A program made the position numbers and the translations under genes. The notes beneath the pieces are model-generated. The model searched no databases, was not told where the DNA came from, and saw only the letters and a program-made list of their open reading frames with translations. From positions 62,001 through 126,000 of IMG/VR virus record IMGVR_UViG_3300023184_000026: DNA of 64,000 nucleotides. One strand, 5' to 3'. Shown here piece by piece: positions 10,807-22,005 of the stretch; position 1 is the first letter of the stretch; every line of letters begins with the position of its first letter.

Positions 10807-11760
10807 ATGAACTTTTTAGAAGAAGAAAAATCCGAACCAGCTGTCAATAATCATAGTATTTGGGCAGAACGATATAGACCCAATAAACTGGAAGATTATG
10901 TTGGTAATGAAACTCTAAAAGCCAAAGTAAAACAATATATTGAAACCAATGATATTCCTCATTTGCTGTTATATGGTAGCGCGGGCACTGGCAAGACGAC
11001 TCTTGCTAAACTTATTACAAACTCCATAAAGTGTGATATGCTTTATATCAATGCGTCGGATGAAAACGGCATTGATACAATTCGTGTCAAAATCAAGAAC
11101 TTTGCTTGTAATATTGGATTCAATCCGCTCAAGGTTATTGTGCTTGATGAAGCCGATTATTTTACACCAGCTGCTCAAGCAGGATTGAGAAATACAATGG
11201 AAACATTCAGTGAGCATACACGGTTCATTTTAACTTGTAATTATCATGAACGCATCATCGAACCCATTCAATCTCGTTGTCAATCATTTGCTATTCATCC
11301 TCCAACCAAGAAAGATGTTGCTGCCAATCTTGTAAATATTCTCAAGAAAGAAAATGTAAAGATGGACAAAGATGGTGTGATATTGCTTGTGAATACACAC
11401 TATCCAGACATTCGTGCTATTATCAATACTGCACAACGCAATGTAGTTGATGGAGTATTGACATTGGCACGTGAAGATGTATTGGAAGGTGATATAAAAG
11501 CCAAGATAGTTGAAATGCTCAAGAATGATGATAAGAAACAAGCATTTGCAGATATTCGTCAACTATTAGCAGACAACAGCATAAAGAGTTTTTCGGATTT
11601 TTATACTATATTGTTTGAGAAGGTAGAAGAATATGCACCCAATAATATAGCAGATGCTATAATTATTATAGCAGATGGTCAGTTTCAAGATGTTTCTGTG
11701 GTAGATAAAGAAATCTGCTTTATGAGTACAATCATCAAACTGCTACGATCAACTAAATAA
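10807..11760 (+). CDS. Clamp loader ATPase subunit (gp44/RFC-like)
   Basis: WAERYRP, GSAGTGKTT, NASDENG, LDEAD, SRC. Confidence 0.93.
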   Translation: MNFLEEEKSEPAVNNHSIWAERYRPNKLEDYVGNETLKAKVKQYIETNDIPHLLLYGSAGTGKTTLAKLITNSIKCDMLYINASDENGIDTIRVKIKNFACNIGFNPLKVIVLDEADYFTPAAQAGLRNTMETFSEHTRFILTCNYHERIIEPIQSRCQSFAIHPPTKKDVAANLVNILKKENVKMDKDGVILLVNTHYPDIRAIINTAQRNVVDGVLTLAREDVLEGDIKAKIVEMLKNDDKKQAFADIRQLLADNSIKSFSDFYTILFEKVEEYAPNNIADAIIIIADGQFQDVSVVDKEICFMSTIIKLLRSTK

Positions 11761-11766
11761 AAACAT

Positions 11767-12165
11767 ATGTATTCCGCAATATTACTGGACGAAAAATCTC
11801 AACTCAAGCTGGAAAAGCTCGCTGAAGATATCAAAGTGAATGGTGTGCGTTTGCCTATACTTGTGAGAGACAATGGATGGAAAATGTATAATCATCATAT
11901 GACAATATCTATGGGTTCATTGCCAGAACATTTGAAACAATATATTGATACTATTCATAAACTGGATGTGACACATATTGGTATCAGTGACAAGGCTGTT
12001 GCTGTTCGCGTTGTTGGATTTGATAGCAAGAATAAAATTCCGCATATCACATTGGCTGTAAATATTAAAGGTGGAGGCAAACCATTTGATAGCAATAAAA
12101 TTGAAAATTGGACAACGATTGATACAATAATAAAGTTGAGCGGAGAAGTAAAAGAATTACAATGA
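11767..12165 (+). CDS. 2H phosphoesterase (cyclic phosphodiesterase-like)
   Basis: Two HxT motifs: HHMTI and PHITL. Confidence 0.75.
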   Translation: MYSAILLDEKSQLKLEKLAEDIKVNGVRLPILVRDNGWKMYNHHMTISMGSLPEHLKQYIDTIHKLDVTHIGISDKAVAVRVVGFDSKNKIPHITLAVNIKGGGKPFDSNKIENWTTIDTIIKLSGEVKELQ

Positions 12166-12380
12166 AAATCACAGACGCTGTATTTTACACAGACAACACA
12201 ACTGTCCGACTTGAAGTTGGTGATGAAAGATATTATCTCACAAATGACAAGAAGTTTTATGATATGCATCCAATCAACATAATGGCAGAAGAAATCAAGG
12301 GTGAAAAATTAAAAGAAATCAAAGCTGCTGCCAAAGCCGGTGGATATAAAAACGATATTGAAGTAAAAAAGTGGTTGTGA
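12162..12380 (+). CDS. Hypothetical protein
   Basis: Coupled to upstream ORF (ATGA overlap). Confidence 0.6.
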   Translation: MKITDAVFYTDNTTVRLEVGDERYYLTNDKKFYDMHPINIMAEEIKGEKLKEIKAAAKAGGYKNDIEVKKWL

Positions 12381-12465
12381 ACTTGACAATAACATATATC
12401 AACTTATAGTTATAAATTGAAGTCCGCATTGTGCGGCTAGTAACTAAATAACAAAAGGTTGAAAT

Positions 12466-13281
12466 ATGAATATGCATAACGTAAGTATGCACGTCCAAGT
12501 AAATGGTCGTGCTTGTAAAGAATATAACCACAATGGTATGAGCTTCATTGAAGCTCGCAGCGGCACCAATTATACCGTGAAGATTAAAAACGATAATCCA
12601 TACAGAATAATGACTGTTGTATCTGTTGATGGATTGGACGTTATATCAGGCAAGGCAGCGGCAGAAAGTGATACTGGATATATCATTGATGCACATGGTA
12701 CTCTTGATGTAAAAGGTTATAGAATAAGCGATAAAGACTGTGCGTCTTTTATCTTCACTAGTAAAGGAACTAGTTATGTTCAACAAACCAAAGGAGACGC
12801 AACAAACTGCGGTGTCATTGGATTACGAGCATTCGGCGAAAAGACAAACCGAATAACATTGCCATATATTTATCCGACATATGCTGCAACTACATTACCA
12901 CTGACATCAACAAATGATTGGTATGTGCCAAATATAGGAAGCACAACAACAGCTACGGGCAATATATCATCATACAACTGTTTTGTAAATCATAATAATA
13001 TACAAAATTTGTCATTATCTTCACACACAACAGCCAAAACAGGTGGCGTGTTGAGATCAACAAATTTTGACACAGGAACTGGTTGGGGCAATAAAGTTGA
13101 ACAATCCGTGGAAAAAGTTAATTTTGAAAAGTCTGAGATGTTAACAGAAATGACATTGTATTATGCCAGCATTGATGCACTTGAAGATATGGGAGTGGAT
13201 ATAAATCCAAAACCAAAGGTTGGATCTATGCCACAAGCATTTGGAAATTATTGCACTCCACCAAAAGGTTGGAATGGATAA
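12466..13281 (+). CDS. Hypothetical protein
   Basis: 271-aa ORF after a TTGACA promoter, followed by a terminator. Confidence 0.75.
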   Translation: MNMHNVSMHVQVNGRACKEYNHNGMSFIEARSGTNYTVKIKNDNPYRIMTVVSVDGLDVISGKAAAESDTGYIIDAHGTLDVKGYRISDKDCASFIFTSKGTSYVQQTKGDATNCGVIGLRAFGEKTNRITLPYIYPTYAATTLPLTSTNDWYVPNIGSTTTATGNISSYNCFVNHNNIQNLSLSSHTTAKTGGVLRSTNFDTGTGWGNKVEQSVEKVNFEKSEMLTEMTLYYASIDALEDMGVDINPKPKVGSMPQAFGNYCTPPKGWNG

Positions 13282-13283
13282 CA

Positions 13284-13313
13284 AAAAACCCACCGAAAGG
13301 TGGGTTTCTTTTT
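13284..13313. terminator. Bidirectional intrinsic terminator
   Basis: AAAAAACCCACC-GAAA-GGTGGGTTT between convergent genes. Confidence 0.85.
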
Positions 13314-13315
13314 TA

Positions 13316-14938
13316 TTATGCAGCTGGAGCAGCTTGGGGAGTTGGATTATAACTCAAAATCCACTTCAATGATTGTGACAATGTAGATTTTCTATCAGTT
13401 CCTTGAACAGTGTGTATTGGTTTTTTCTTTGATACACTCAAGTCGTATATATCTGCGCTAGTATCATCTATCAATGCGACCTTCATTTTTTTGTAGTCTA
13501 CCTTACTTTTTGCTGGTTTCTTTATTTTTGGTGGAAGATAATAAACCTTTTCATATTTAGATGCATTTTCAATTGTGTCCACAACGGTTTGTGGATCTTT
13601 GAACTTGAATCGTGGACCAGAAGACAGAATATTGATGGTGTTCATCACGGAGTTTGTATCTGGATTTATACTCATGATATTTTTTGCCGCATCTTGAGCA
13701 TAATCCATAACGTCCTCAAACTTGGCAAACTTGGCGGCTGGTTCTTTATAACGAATGCGAATATTGACCCAAGCCAATGCTTGTAGTTGATATGATGTCA
13801 ATCCAACCTTTTGTGCTTCTTCGTGTAGAATTTTGACCAAGTTCTGACGTATCACATCGCTGCCAAACAGTTTCATCACGATTATATTTACAATACTGTC
13901 TTGCTTCTTCTTTAGTTGAGCGGCTTTTTTGGCAATAGCAGCTTCTGCGGGAGAAAGTTTTGGTTTCTTTGGTTTTCCAGTGGCTTCGTCGATTTCTTTA
14001 CTTGCATTATCTTCGGAACTCAGATATTCAATCCAATTGGATAAATCTTCTTCTACCAGCTTTTTCAACGGCTTGTCGAAAAACACACGTATCATCCAAC
14101 GATCAACGGTTGCTGGATCAATTTTACCTTCCCATTTTTTACCAGGAAATACAAGATTCAGAAAGAAAGAGTTTATTTTTGTTCCGCCAATTTTCAATAC
14201 TCCACCTTGTAAATCTTTGTATAGTTTATCTTTGTTGATACTTGTACCATTGGCCAGATAATATTTCACAAACAGATTAAAGTTTGGAATTTTTGCATTG
14301 GCAACGGTAATTTCACTAAAAATGTCATCTTGACCTTTGCGAGCACCTTGGGTTACTTTACCACCTTTATAATCTTTCTTTGGAGCCAACAGGTCAGCAT
14401 AGTTTGATCCTTTGTTTTGAAACTTCCTGAGATATTCTAAACTCTTAACATCCATATTATTTTTTACGTTGGATGACAGTTGCTTCAGCATATCAATACC
14501 TTCTGGCGTTTTGGAATCTGCGGACACCGCCGTGTATAACTTGGCAGCTTCTAATATATTTTGGTCCAATGCAGTGTTGGCTGAACAATACGCACACGCC
14601 GCAAGAAATAAACAAGCATCTGTTTCTCCCATGTTTTCAAAAATCAACTTATTAAAATTGTCATACCAATATGCATATGTGTCCAACTTTTGTTTTAGTT
14701 CTGGTGGAGCTTTAATATAGTCCGCCACTTCGTTTTGCAGATTGCTCATTTCCAATGTGACTGGAATTTCAACTTCTATGGATTTGTTGTCAACTTTAAA
14801 AGCAACTTTGACTGGAAATGTGTCTTTGGACTTGAATTTTGGAGATACAAGTTGATTATAAAATTCAGGCCCAGTCATGGTTTCAAGCAACTTGGCAATT
14901 TCAAAGTCACTAAGTTCAAGCATTTCGTTTAGATTCAT
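13316..14938 (-). CDS. Hypothetical protein, possibly HhH-glycosylase-like fold
   Basis: 540-aa ORF; YWYD, KINSFFLNL, TVDRWMIR, QLQALAW motifs; fold is an inference. Confidence 0.6.
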   Translation of the reverse strand: MNLNEMLELSDFEIAKLLETMTGPEFYNQLVSPKFKSKDTFPVKVAFKVDNKSIEVEIPVTLEMSNLQNEVADYIKAPPELKQKLDTYAYWYDNFNKLIFENMGETDACLFLAACAYCSANTALDQNILEAAKLYTAVSADSKTPEGIDMLKQLSSNVKNNMDVKSLEYLRKFQNKGSNYADLLAPKKDYKGGKVTQGARKGQDDIFSEITVANAKIPNFNLFVKYYLANGTSINKDKLYKDLQGGVLKIGGTKINSFFLNLVFPGKKWEGKIDPATVDRWMIRVFFDKPLKKLVEEDLSNWIEYLSSEDNASKEIDEATGKPKKPKLSPAEAAIAKKAAQLKKKQDSIVNIIVMKLFGSDVIRQNLVKILHEEAQKVGLTSYQLQALAWVNIRIRYKEPAAKFAKFEDVMDYAQDAAKNIMSINPDTNSVMNTINILSSGPRFKFKDPQTVVDTIENASKYEKVYYLPPKIKKPAKSKVDYKKMKVALIDDTSADIYDLSVSKKKPIHTVQGTDRKSTLSQSLKWILSYNPTPQAAPAA

Positions 14939-15019
14939 AAGTTTGTGTATAATAAATATATATCAAGAGCCATAAAAAGTCCTTGACTTGTTGCTATTTT
15001 TGTTCATAGTATAGCCATT

Positions 15020-16042
15020 ATGAGTGAACGAAAACTAGCTTCTATACAAACCATACTTTCTTTGAGCCCAATAGTTGGTGCTGATGCAATTTTACTTGCA
15101 AAAGTACTTGGATGGGAACTTGTAGTAAAAAAGACAGAATTTCAAGTCGGGGACCGTTGTGTATATTTTGAAATAGACAGTGTTCTTCCTATCGCACAAT
15201 GGAATGACCATCTAAGAAAAGAGCCAAATAAGCCATTGCGTATAAAAACAATACGTTTGAGAGGCGCATTGAGCCAAGGTTTGGCTATGCCGTTGTCTAT
15301 TATTCCAACTGGGGAATATGAAGTGGGGCAAGATGTAACAACACTTGTTGGTGTCACTAAATACGAACCATTTGTTCCAGCACATCTATCTGGCATGGTC
15401 AAGGGCAATTTTCCCACATTTTTACATAAAACCGATGAACCTCGTTTACAATCTGAACCATACGTTCTTGCTGAAGCCATTGACAAAGGGCTTGTGCTTG
15501 TCGGCACACTCAAAATGGATGGTACAAGCTTTACTGCATACCGACGCGATGATGAGTTTGGTGTTTGTTCTCGCAACCTTGACTTAAAGGAAACAGAAGG
15601 TAATGCTCACTGGAAGATGGCTCGCAAGCTTAAACTTGAAGAAATTCTTCGTAGTGAACCTCGCAATCTTTGCATTCAAGGCGAAATGGTTGGTCCGGGT
15701 ATTCAAGGCAATCGTATGGGATTAAAAGAAGTTGATTTATATCTATTCAACTTATTTGACATTGATACTGGCAAATATGCCGGATACAATGAACTTGTTG
15801 AGTTTGGAAAAAAGCACAATATAAAAGTTGTACCGCTTGTTGCACAGAAAGATTTTGGTTTTGGTGAAACAGCCACCGTAAGTAAAATGCTTGAAGTTGC
15901 TTTGGCTCTAAACTATGACAATGGTACACCCGCCGAAGGCATTGTTTGGCGTTCTGCGTGTGAAACTTACAGCGATGTTCTCAAAGGTAGAATGAGTTTC
16001 AAGACCATCAGCAATCGTTTTCTTGAAAAATATAAAGAATGA
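15020..16042 (+). CDS. RNA ligase, DRB0094/Rnl2-like family
   Basis: RKLASIQ N-terminus, KTDEPR, KMDGTS, QGEMVGPGIQGN, EGIV, SFKTIS. Confidence 0.9.
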   Translation: MSERKLASIQTILSLSPIVGADAILLAKVLGWELVVKKTEFQVGDRCVYFEIDSVLPIAQWNDHLRKEPNKPLRIKTIRLRGALSQGLAMPLSIIPTGEYEVGQDVTTLVGVTKYEPFVPAHLSGMVKGNFPTFLHKTDEPRLQSEPYVLAEAIDKGLVLVGTLKMDGTSFTAYRRDDEFGVCSRNLDLKETEGNAHWKMARKLKLEEILRSEPRNLCIQGEMVGPGIQGNRMGLKEVDLYLFNLFDIDTGKYAGYNELVEFGKKHNIKVVPLVAQKDFGFGETATVSKMLEVALALNYDNGTPAEGIVWRSACETYSDVLKGRMSFKTISNRFLEKYKE

Positions 16043-16124
16043 TCTTCAGATAGTATACAAGGCTGTATATACATATATAAAAAGTTTTTTACGATTTGAG
16101 TTGTATATATAATATGTATTTGCG

Positions 16125-16586
16125 ATGAAACTCGCAACATATATTATATTATTATTGGCACCATTCTGTCATGTTTATGGCAGTGATATGGTGCATAGTT
16201 TCAAGAGTTCTTCTTTCAACGGAGCTAACTTTTCTGCATCTGCGATGACAATTGAAAACTTGGCACGCACTCGTAAACAAACAATAAAAGATATTGCAGC
16301 ATCAAAGGCTGAACAAGCAACAGCACAGGCCCAAAACACACCGTTAAACACGTTTATAAACAATTTGCAGGCAAGAATATACTCACAGCTGGCTTCGCAA
16401 GTTACAGACCAGATATTCAATTCTGGTGGAGCAACATTTGGTATAATAAATCTTCAAGGTGGAGCAACTGTTACATGGCAACGCAATGGCGATTTTGCTA
16501 CACTTTTTATAAACGACCCAGCAAGCGGAAGCACAACTCAAATAACCGTTCCAGTCGGTTCATTGACACCGATACCATCAGGATGA
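16125..16586 (+). CDS. csgF: Curli assembly protein CsgF-like
   Basis: Signal peptide; F.SSSFNG; FINNLQARIYSQL; C-terminal TTQITVP; upstream of csgG. Confidence 0.8.
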   Translation: MKLATYIILLLAPFCHVYGSDMVHSFKSSSFNGANFSASAMTIENLARTRKQTIKDIAASKAEQATAQAQNTPLNTFINNLQARIYSQLASQVTDQIFNSGGATFGIINLQGGATVTWQRNGDFATLFINDPASGSTTQITVPVGSLTPIPSG

Positions 16587-17386
16587 AGAAATATGTTATT
16601 TTTGTTCTTTCATTGTTATTGTTGAGTGGCTGCGGTTCTATTCCTCGCAATCCAGCAATCCTCGACGTTCCAAGAACTCAAACTTCTCCCATGGAGAATG
16701 AATTGTTGTCCATTCCACCCGTTGACGGTCCAAGAATAACCATAGGTGTGTATGGATTTGCAGATAAAACAGGAGCAAGAAAAACCGCAGATAATTATGC
16801 ATCATTTTCTTCCGCCGTGACACAGGGTGCAGAAAGTTGGCTCATTGATGCTTTACGACAATCTGGTCGCGGAGCATGGTTTCAAGTATTAGAACGTGCG
16901 AGTTTGGATAATATAATCAAAGAACGACAACTCATTTCACAAACCAGAGAAACATTCCAAGGAAAAAATTCCGAAAAACTAACACCGATGTTATTTGCAG
17001 GTATTCTTGCCGAAGGTGGAATTATTGGATATGATAGCAACATTTTGACTGGTGGCGCAGGTGCCAGTATATTGGGCATATCAGCAAATACTCAATATCG
17101 CAAAGACGTAGTCACAGTATCATTGCGGTTGGTGAGTGTGCATACGGGAGAAATACTTTTGAGCACTGCCGTAACAAAAACAATTTCCAGTGTAGCAGTG
17201 TCGGGAAACTTATTCAAATTCTATGAACATGGAACATTGTCAATAGAATCTGAATTGGGACTGACCGCAAACGAACCCAATACAATTGCGGTCCGCAGTG
17301 CAATAGAAAAAGCCGTGATAGATATCATTTATCAAGGTGAAAAAATGAACCTCTGGAAGTTCAAGAAACAAAACACAACACCATGA
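16583..17386 (+). CDS. csgG: Curli secretion lipoprotein CsgG-like
   Basis: Lipobox LLSGC; VYGFADKTG, SSAVTQGA, WFQVLER, EGGIIGYD, LRLVSV.TGE. Confidence 0.92.
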   Translation: MKKYVIFVLSLLLLSGCGSIPRNPAILDVPRTQTSPMENELLSIPPVDGPRITIGVYGFADKTGARKTADNYASFSSAVTQGAESWLIDALRQSGRGAWFQVLERASLDNIIKERQLISQTRETFQGKNSEKLTPMLFAGILAEGGIIGYDSNILTGGAGASILGISANTQYRKDVVTVSLRLVSVHTGEILLSTAVTKTISSVAVSGNLFKFYEHGTLSIESELGLTANEPNTIAVRSAIEKAVIDIIYQGEKMNLWKFKKQNTTP

Positions 17387-18243
17387 AAATAATAAACATA
17401 ATAAAGTTTACAATAATCACAGCAGTCTTTGGACTTGCTTCGGCCATATATTCCCAAACGCCAGGTGCTCTTGGTGCAATCGCGGGAAACTCGTCTGGCA
17501 ATCAAATATATGTGAATCAAATCACAACCGGAGGAGACACCACGTTCATACAAAATGGAGCATCCAATAGAATTGGATCTTTTGCTCTTCCAAGCAATAT
17601 TACCGGAGATAACATCTTCATGGAATGGAGACAAATTGGAAACTCAAATAGTACTGATTTCTCTATTACAGGAGCCAACACTACGAAATTGTTGTCTGCC
17701 TTTGCGGGAAACAGCAATGAACAGAGAGTTTATTTCAACGGAGCCAATAACAACATGAATTTCAAATTTGATGGTAACACCAACAGACTTTGGATAAATA
17801 ATGATGTTACTGTGTATCGTGACGGTGGAGAAAATACCGCAACAGACAAAGCAACATTGGCAAGTTCTGATTTACAAATTAAATTTGCAGGCAATAATAA
17901 CTTGTTTGCTTATGCCACAACAAACGGTCTCAATAACTATTTGAAGTATGATGTTACTGGTAATACCAACACTATTAAATCTACACAAATTGGCAGTGCT
18001 GGTACCGGAACTCGTCAATCGGGTCACTATCAAGATGTTACCATTCTCGGCGGAGCAAATGATGTTATGATATATCAACAAGGCACCGTTCAACAATACT
18101 TCCAATACAGTCTTATTGGTAGCAATAACACTGTACGTGTTTCACAAACAGCAACTGCCGCTCCAACATTCACAATCAACAACACCAATCAGCTGGCTCC
18201 TCAAGGTCCGGGCAGCGCAACAACCGTCATAGGCAATCCATAA
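17383..18243 (+). CDS. Curlin-like secreted repeat protein
   Basis: Signal peptide; N/G/Q-rich ~22-24 aa repeats (Q.G..N, F.GN.N). Confidence 0.65.
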   Translation: MKIINIIKFTIITAVFGLASAIYSQTPGALGAIAGNSSGNQIYVNQITTGGDTTFIQNGASNRIGSFALPSNITGDNIFMEWRQIGNSNSTDFSITGANTTKLLSAFAGNSNEQRVYFNGANNNMNFKFDGNTNRLWINNDVTVYRDGGENTATDKATLASSDLQIKFAGNNNLFAYATTNGLNNYLKYDVTGNTNTIKSTQIGSAGTGTRQSGHYQDVTILGGANDVMIYQQGTVQQYFQYSLIGSNNTVRVSQTATAAPTFTINNTNQLAPQGPGSATTVIGNP

Positions 18244-18245
18244 TA

Positions 18246-19433
18246 ATGAACAAAATTGTTACATTATTTTTGATGTTCTTTCTATGGAACAATGTTTATG
18301 GCGTTGTGGGTAAATTGACCGAGGTGACTGGTCCTACACAAGTTAGTAGGGCCAGTACCAAATTGGATGGTAAGATTGATGTGGGTATAGAAATAGATGA
18401 TACCATCGAAACTTTAAAATCGCGTGCTGGTATAACATTTGAAGATGGTACCAGAGTACAATGCACCGAGTTTAGCAAACTGGTTATAGATACGTTTGTG
18501 TATGATCCAAGTAGTGGAAAAGGAAAGCTCGCAATGAAAGCAACAATGGGAACGGTAAGATATGCTTCTGGATTGATTGCTAAAAATAATAAAGAAGAAG
18601 TAAAAGTAAAAACTCCCACGGCATCTATATCAGTACGTGGCACGGATTTTTCAATGACAGTTGATGAATTGGGCAGAAGTTTGGTTATTCTTTTACCATC
18701 CCAGCCACAATTTGGACCTTCCGTTGTTGGTCAGATAACAGTCAGCAATGGACTTGGAACAGTTGTATTGACCAAAGCATATCAGGCTACATTTGTAGCA
18801 TCAAGTTCTGTTGTACCATCTTCTCCAGTACTTTTAAATTTTGACGACGAAAGCAAAGTGAATAATATGTTGTTGATTGATACACCGAAAAATGTCACAC
18901 AAGCTGCAAAAGAAGCAAAGAAAGCATCTGTTGGTTCAGAAAAAGAAGATGATGGTGGTGAAGATAAAAATAAAAAGATGGAAAAGAAAGAAACAAAGTC
19001 CGAGAGTAAATCTGCTGCTACATCAGTCTCACAAGTTGAAGAAATTTCAACCGAATCTGCAACCGAAGCAACAAACTTACCTATCGTCGTGGTTCAAGAA
19101 AACATTGTCACAAAGCTTGATATAACTGCTATAAGTCCAAGCACCAATATTGCTGTTATGGATGCAATTGCAGAAAAACAATCTGTGCAACCAACATCAA
19201 TATCAATTATACCAATAGCACCAATTATATCTATACCAACTTCCACAGTAAATAATGGCTTTACAACGAACGGAACTCATGCTATATTGTATATAACCAA
19301 TGGAAATAATGTGGTTTGGTATACTCTAAAGGCTGATGCCAATGCTATATTCAATATAACTCAAAACACTGAATCAAAGGAATATCCATTGAATTTTGGT
19401 TCCAAACTTAAAGTTAATATAATTCAAAAATGA
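18246..19433 (+). CDS. FecR-domain protein
   Basis: Signal peptide; ITFEDGT, GTVRYASG, KTPTASISVRGTDF. Confidence 0.85.
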   Translation: MNKIVTLFLMFFLWNNVYGVVGKLTEVTGPTQVSRASTKLDGKIDVGIEIDDTIETLKSRAGITFEDGTRVQCTEFSKLVIDTFVYDPSSGKGKLAMKATMGTVRYASGLIAKNNKEEVKVKTPTASISVRGTDFSMTVDELGRSLVILLPSQPQFGPSVVGQITVSNGLGTVVLTKAYQATFVASSSVVPSSPVLLNFDDESKVNNMLLIDTPKNVTQAAKEAKKASVGSEKEDDGGEDKNKKMEKKETKSESKSAATSVSQVEEISTESATEATNLPIVVVQENIVTKLDITAISPSTNIAVMDAIAEKQSVQPTSISIIPIAPIISIPTSTVNNGFTTNGTHAILYITNGNNVVWYTLKADANAIFNITQNTESKEYPLNFGSKLKVNIIQK

Positions 19434-21205
19434 AATCTCATATTATTAAACTATTTGGCGTCGGTTTGCTGATATTAACCGCACTTGTTGTGCTACGCAT
19501 ACAAGATTCATATCCAATAGAAGTAATGCGGCTCAAGGGATTGGACTATTATCAACGCACGCAAGACAAAGTAAAAAGTGAAAATATCATTATTGTTGAA
19601 ATCGACGAAAAAAGTTTAGAAGAAAAAGGACAATGGCCGTGGCCAAGAAATGAACTGGCAGATGGTATAAAGAAGGCGTTTGAAAATGAAGCAGCCACTG
19701 TAGTATTGCCAATTATATTTGCAGAAAAAGATAGAATGGGTGGAGACGCAGTATTTGTGGAAATACTGGGAAAATCGCCTGTAATAACCGCACAATCTGC
19801 GGCGGTAAAGGGCAAAGGCGTGCCAGTACCAAGAGGTATGGCGACGATTGGCGGCAGTGCAGATGGATGGTTATATGATTATCCAAATGCAATCGGACCG
19901 ATAAAAGAAATAGGTGAATCGTCTGCTGGTGTGGGAATGTTATTGACGGCACCTGAACTTGATGGCGTGGTACGTCGCTTGCCGTTGGTTGTACAAGTAA
20001 AAAAAGAAACATATCCAACTTTACCTTTGGAAGTGTTGAGAGTGTTTGGAAATGAACCGAGCTATCAAGCAAAAATCAATGAAGCGGGCGTGCAAGCCAT
20101 AAGAGTAAAAGGCTCGGCCCCAATAAATACAGATGCTAGTGGTAGAGTATGGATAAACTTTAAATACAAGTTTGATAATATTTCATATACAGATAAAGAT
20201 TGGAGCAAAGTAAAGGGCAAGATTGTGGTTATAGCATTAACTGCTGAAGGATTAACAAACACAGTGGCAACTCCCGTAGGAACAGCATATGGACACGAAG
20301 TTAGTATGCAGACACTACAAATGTTGGTTGATGGAAATAGACTGGAACGCAAAGCGGAGTTTGATTTGTATGAGTTGGCAGTTGGAACATTGCTTGGATT
20401 GATTCTTGTAACATCCGCCGCATATCTTGGCTATGTTTATAATGGAATATTGGTAAAAGTGTCTGTGTCTGGGTGTATGTTTTTTGGATTTTATTTGTTC
20501 AAAAAGCATGGCTATTTGATTGATTATACTTGGCCGATTGTGGCAGCATTTTTACCGTGGGTTGGTGCAATATTTATGAGATTTGTGATGGAGTTCAAAT
20601 TGAAGATGCAAATCAAGAAGCAGTTTGGAACATATCTTTCTCCAGCACTGGTTGAAAAACTACAAAAAAATCCGGGCTTGCTCAAACTTGGTGGCGAATC
20701 CAAAGAACTAACTATATTATTTTCCGATATAAGAGGATATACTGCGTTGTCTGAGCATTTTGGGAAAGATGTGCAGGGGCTAACATCTCTCATTAACCGT
20801 TATATGGATGTTATGTTGCCTATAGTAATGAAAAATGAAGGCACTGTTGGAAAACTTATAGGGGACGCTGTAATGGCGTGGTGGTCGGCACCTATTCATG
20901 TAAAAGACCAAGCAACACTTGCAATAAAAGCCGCGCAGGAAATGAATATCGCATTGGTAAAACTCAACGAAGAATCAAAAGCACAAGGAATCCCAACTCT
21001 ATCAATCGGAATCGGAATAAATACAGGAGAAGTTGTTGTGGGAAATATGGGGTCAACGGAGCGATTTAGTTATGATATACTTGGTGACGCAGTGAATCTA
21101 GCGTCTCGCATAGAGGGTCAAACTAAAGAATATGGCGTGTTGATTATTTTGGGAGAAAATACTGTAAAAAAATACAAAAAAGAACAAGAAAATATGAAAA
21201 AATGA
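19430..21205 (+). CDS. CHASE2 + class III adenylate/guanylate cyclase, N-terminal part
   Basis: GQWPWPR, DGVVRR (CHASE2); TM helices; LFSDIRGYT, KLIGDAVM, GINTG, GDAVNLASRIEG. Confidence 0.92.
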   Translation: MKSHIIKLFGVGLLILTALVVLRIQDSYPIEVMRLKGLDYYQRTQDKVKSENIIIVEIDEKSLEEKGQWPWPRNELADGIKKAFENEAATVVLPIIFAEKDRMGGDAVFVEILGKSPVITAQSAAVKGKGVPVPRGMATIGGSADGWLYDYPNAIGPIKEIGESSAGVGMLLTAPELDGVVRRLPLVVQVKKETYPTLPLEVLRVFGNEPSYQAKINEAGVQAIRVKGSAPINTDASGRVWINFKYKFDNISYTDKDWSKVKGKIVVIALTAEGLTNTVATPVGTAYGHEVSMQTLQMLVDGNRLERKAEFDLYELAVGTLLGLILVTSAAYLGYVYNGILVKVSVSGCMFFGFYLFKKHGYLIDYTWPIVAAFLPWVGAIFMRFVMEFKLKMQIKKQFGTYLSPALVEKLQKNPGLLKLGGESKELTILFSDIRGYTALSEHFGKDVQGLTSLINRYMDVMLPIVMKNEGTVGKLIGDAVMAWWSAPIHVKDQATLAIKAAQEMNIALVKLNEESKAQGIPTLSIGIGINTGEVVVGNMGSTERFSYDILGDAVNLASRIEGQTKEYGVLIILGENTVKKYKKEQENMKK

Positions 21206-22005
21206 TAAGCGATATGCTATATATTGGAGATACACAAATAATTTTAAACATGAGAAAAATAACAAACGGTGAAGCCGTGGAAAGAATATCAAAAAAACAT
21301 CCACATTTGGATTGCTCGCAGGTTAAATACAATGGAGCATTTGAAAAAATTGTGGTGAGATGTACTATTCACGATCACACATTTGAAACTCCATACAAAT
21401 ACATTGTTAGTAAGCGAAGCAAGACCGGTTGTATATATTGCCAACGAGACTCTTACAGATTAAATAACGAAACCGTCATTTTCCGTTTCATAAAGACACA
21501 TGGTAAAAAATATGATTACAATAAAGTGCAATATAAAAGTAATTTGAAAAAAGTTGAAATAGTATGTCCAAAACATGGAAGTTTCATGCAGGAACCAGCA
21601 AACCATTGGAACGGACACGGGTGCATGCGATGTGCTGTGGAGAATGGTCGTCACGGAGTTGGTGGATACACCGAAGAAACTCTGAAAGAAAGCAATGAAA
21701 CTGGCGTCGTGTATGTGCTGAAAATAAAAGACTGCAAAATTTACTACAAAATAGGAATATCAAAATTTGGCGGAGACAAAAGAATAAAAGACATATCTTA
21801 TTCCGATAAAGCCGAAGTTTTATATGAGTCAAAAAGAATATTGCTAAAAGACGCATTCAGAATTGAACAAGAAATGCTATCTCAGCATAACCGATATAGG
21901 CATTCCCATAAGAAAATATCCGGATGGACGGAGATAATAGACGAACGACCAAATATCAAATTGTTAGAAAAAAAGATAAACTCCATAAACTATGCAACTA
22001 TTTGA
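21202..22005 (+). mobile_element. Free-standing homing-endonuclease-like gene (Zn-finger repeats + GIY-YIG-like C-terminus) inserted in cyclase gene
   Basis: C.IH...GCIYC and CPKHGSF...H.NGHGC..C repeats; VYVL...YYKIGIS...IEQ; likely start at ATG 21250. Confidence 0.75.
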